Assembly (NCBI GenBank): GCA_964646995.1
Contig: CAZYIF010000005.1
Location: 68,759 to 132,758, forward strand
Source: an uncultured Gammaproteobacteria bacterium
GTDB lineage: Bacteria > Pseudomonadota > Gammaproteobacteria > CAZYIF01
Length of the DNA: 64,000 bases
Direction of reading: 5' to 3'
The position numbers and the translations under genes were made by a program. Every line of letters starts with the position of its first letter. Positions within the stretch are counted from its first letter, which is position 1. Below the pieces are notes generated by a model, which was not told the origin of the DNA, searched no databases, and saw only the letters and a program-made list of their open reading frames with translations. Below are positions 61,435 through 64,000 of the stretch, piece by piece.

Positions 61435-61536
61435 CGTGTTTCTCCGGCTAGTGGCATGTGGTAGCGGATTATGGCACACAAGATCCGCTACTGCATAGAA
61501 TTCTCTACGCTGAGCAAGACAAAGATATATTTTTGG

Positions 61537-62052
61537 CTAGGCCAGCATCTCACCCAGCAAACAATGAACTAACCCCTGTAACGCCACGGTGACGGCTTGT
61601 CTACGCACAGCCTGCCTGTCACCCGAGAAGCAGTGATAGTGTGCCACGGTGCAAGGCAATTCACCCGCCCACGCCAACCACACGCTACCGACTGGCTTCT
61701 GCAAACTGCCACCGTCTGGCCCTGCAATGCCGGTGATTGCCACACTACAATGAGCATGGCTGTAGCGCAGCGCGCCTTGGGCCATTGCGATCGCTACTTC
61801 TTTGCTGACCGCACCGCAACGCGCTAACAAATCGGGATCTACACCCAACATCTCTTGTTTAGCTTGGTTAGAATAGGTGACGAAACCACGCTCAAACCAG
61901 GCGGAACTACCCGGCAAGCTAGTGCATAATTGAGCTAACCAACCGCCGGTGCAGGATTCCGCACTGGCTAACTGCCGTTGTGTGTTGGTCAGTAATGATG
62001 CTAAGTTGAGTAATAAATTTTCAATATTGTGCTCTATCAACCCATCCCCCAA
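61537..62052 (-). CDS. pncC: CinA C-terminal domain protein (nicotinamide-nucleotide amidohydrolase PncC-like)
   Basis: ASAESCTGGWLAQ...ITGIAGPDGGS are CinA_C motifs. 171 aa. Confidence 0.8.
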   Translation of the reverse strand: MGDGLIEHNIENLLLNLASLLTNTQRQLASAESCTGGWLAQLCTSLPGSSAWFERGFVTYSNQAKQEMLGVDPDLLARCGAVSKEVAIAMAQGALRYSHAHCSVAITGIAGPDGGSLQKPVGSVWLAWAGELPCTVAHYHCFSGDRQAVRRQAVTVALQGLVHCLLGEMLA

Positions 62053-62263
62053 AAAATCTGCTTGTTAATTACTCAGCGCCATCCGTGCAACTACATCTGG
62101 CCTAGCCCAACAAAACGGGATGCAACGGTACTACTCCAGCAGAACATCCCCATTACGTAGCAAAAATACCGTGTTTTCACGCAAAATCACGCTGCTTTGA
62201 AAGCTTGCTGAATAGTTGGGTTTAGACTACCCTAGCACCAGCAATTTGGATAGAATTTTCCCC

Positions 62264-64000
62264 ATGAATCAGCCGACGCACACCTCTACCCAGCATACTC
62301 CCATGATGCAGCAGTACCTGCGTATTAAAGCAGAGTACCCCCACATGCTGCTATTTTATCGTATGGGCGACTTTTATGAATTATTTTATGACGATGCCCG
62401 TGAAGCGGCAGAATTGCTGGGCATCACGCTGACCCAGCGCGGCCAGTCTGCAGGCACCGCGATTCCCATGGCAGGCGTTCCTTATCACGCCGTAGAGGCG
62501 TATTTAGCCAAATTAGTTAAGCTCGGTAAATGTGTGGCTATCTGCGAGCAAACCGGCGATCCGCAGCAACACGGCCCGCTTGAGCGCCAAGTCACACGCA
62601 TCATTACCCCCGGCACTGTCACCGATACGGCTTTGCTCAATGAACAACAAGATAATCTACTCGTGGCGATCTGCGAACAACAACTGCTGTTCGGGATAGC
62701 CTGCTTAGATATCACCAGCGGTCGCTTCTACATTTTACAAATACACGGCATAGATGCACTGTTGAGTGAGCTCAGCCGCATCGCACCGGCAGAAATTCTC
62801 ATTAATGAAACCTTCGCGCACGCTGCGTTTTTGCCTAAGCACGCTAGCTTACGTAAACGACCACCCTGGGATTTCGAGCTAGACACCGCGATACGCTTGT
62901 TGACGCAGCAGTTTCACACCCGTGATTTATCGGGTTTTGGTTGCACTGATTTACCCTATGCAGTTGCAGCAGCAGGATGTCTGATTAAATACGCGCAAGA
63001 AACACAGCGCAATCATTTACCCCATATTCACCATCTACATGTGCAGCGCTATGATGAATGCATTATTTTAGATGCGACTAGTCGCCAAAATTTAGAACTC
63101 ACCAGCAATCTACGTGGTGGCAAAGAACATACCCTGCTTAGCGTATTCGATTACACGCAAACAGCCATGGGTAGTCGCTTACTGCAGCGCTGGATCAATC
63201 GTCCACTACGCGATCATGCAACGTTACAAGAACGCCTTCATGCAATTCACTGTCTGATTGAACGACGCATTTACACATCGCTGCAAGAAACGCTACGTAA
63301 CAGTGGCGACATAGAACGCATTGCGACACGCATTATTCTCAAATCAGCTAGGCCCCGTGACTTAGTGCAACTACGCATCACGCTAACCTTGCTGCCTGCA
63401 CTACAGCATATTTTACAATCGGTAGAACTACCTAAAAAATTACACGCCCTTGCTACGCAACTGACACCATTGCCTGCATTACTAGACACATTACAAAAAG
63501 CCATTATCGACAATCCACCCCTATTGATTCGAGATGGTAACGTCATTGCGACAGGCTATGATGCGCTGCTGGACGAACTACGTACCCTCAGTGAAGATGC
63601 GAATAGTTATCTACTTGCATTAGAACAGGCTGAACGTGAAAAGACGGGGCTCAACAATCTGAAAATAGGTTACAACAGAGTGCACGGCTATTACATAGAA
63701 ATCAGTCGCGTTCAAGCCCAAAATGCACCCATTCATTACGTGCGTAGACAAACGCTAAAAAATGCGGAACGCTTCATCACACCCGAACTTAAAACATTTG
63801 AAGATAAAATTCTTAGCAGCAGCACACGTGCCTTGGCACGAGAAAAAGAACTGTATGAACAATTACTCGATGAGTTAGCCACCTATTTGTTACCTTTACA
63901 GCAGATAGCGGAAGCCATTGCAGAACTGGATGTACTCAGTAACTTTGCCGAACGTGCGGAAACATTGAATTTATCTGCACCGGAACTAACAACAACACAC
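62264..64000 (+). CDS. mutS: DNA mismatch repair protein MutS (N-terminal ~579 aa; runs off the window end)
   Basis: [33 protein letters not shown] is the canonical MutS N-terminus with the mismatch-binding F.E context. The frame stays open to the end of the window. Confidence 0.95.
   Translation, partial: MNQPTHTSTQHTPMMQQYLRIKAEYPHMLLFYRMGDFYELFYDDAREAAELLGITLTQRGQSAGTAIPMAGVPYHAVEAYLAKLVKLGKCVAICEQTGDPQQHGPLERQVTRIITPGTVTDTALLNEQQDNLLVAICEQQLLFGIACLDITSGRFYILQIHGIDALLSELSRIAPAEILINETFAHAAFLPKHASLRKRPPWDFELDTAIRLLTQQFHTRDLSGFGCTDLPYAVAAAGCLIKYAQETQRNHLPHIHHLHVQRYDECIILDATSRQNLELTSNLRGGKEHTLLSVFDYTQTAMGSRLLQRWINRPLRDHATLQERLHAIHCLIERRIYTSLQETLRNSGDIERIATRIILKSARPRDLVQLRITLTLLPALQHILQSVELPKKLHALATQLTPLPALLDTLQKAIIDNPPLLIRDGNVIATGYDALLDELRTLSEDANSYLLALEQAEREKTGLNNLKIGYNRVHGYYIEISRVQAQNAPIHYVRRQTLKNAERFITPELKTFEDKILSSSTRALAREKELYEQLLDELATYLLPLQQIAEAIAELDVLSNFAERAETLNLSAPELTTTH

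Overview
This 64-kb window is mostly housekeeping chromosome from a gammaproteobacterium, interrupted by mobile repeats and a few accessory genes. Gene content and order (cptA-sdhE/ygfZ, minCDE, dapA-bamC-purC, gcvR-bcp, rnr-rlmB, rpsF-rpsR-rplI, csrA-lysC-alaS-recA, cinA, mutS, type-A RNase P RNA) fit a Legionellales-like lineage (lineage call is inference), including ankyrin proteins, hppD (legiolysin-type), a FliK homologue and no LexA box at recA. The most striking feature seen directly in the sequence is a heavy load of small non-autonomous mobile elements (MITEs). There are at least three families. F1 is about 190 bp, has TA target duplications and terminal hairpins. F2 is about 180-220 bp, ends in a 31-bp hairpin (gtaactattcagcattttgctgaatagttac) and has 8-bp target-site duplications (TSDs). 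F3 is about 110-170 bp and is bounded by two GC-rich hairpins. Together there are roughly 17 copies or fragments, and they sit in almost every long intergenic region. F1 and F2 share a 45-bp core (ttacgcgatgggg..caaggggagaa.cg.g). Two F1 copies are nested at the same TA inside F2 terminal hairpins, and a third junction of the same kind exists as a fragment. Several MITE ends supply stop codons or C-termini of host genes (MFS transporter, bolA, the membrane protein between rpsR and rplI, Zn-protease). Accessory genes lie next to MITEs or tRNAs. They include a 1304-aa ankyrin-repeat, membrane-anchored, effector-like protein with an N-terminal HxxxxGNG (Fic-like) motif. A 2.9-kb island flanked by MITEs carries two unknown proteins. 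A pair of unknown proteins sits next to tRNA-Ser(CGA). There is also an orphan fliK-like gene, a 76-aa minimal BamC-like lipoprotein, and a membrane protein inside the S6-S18-L9 operon. RNA genes found are tRNA-Ser(GCU), tRNA-Arg(ACG), tRNA-Ser(CGA), tRNA-Leu(CAG) and rnpB. I saw no CRISPR array, prophage, integrase or transposase gene, and no obviously novel multi-gene system; the candidates are listed as findings. Coordinates of non-ORF features are approximate (±3 bp).
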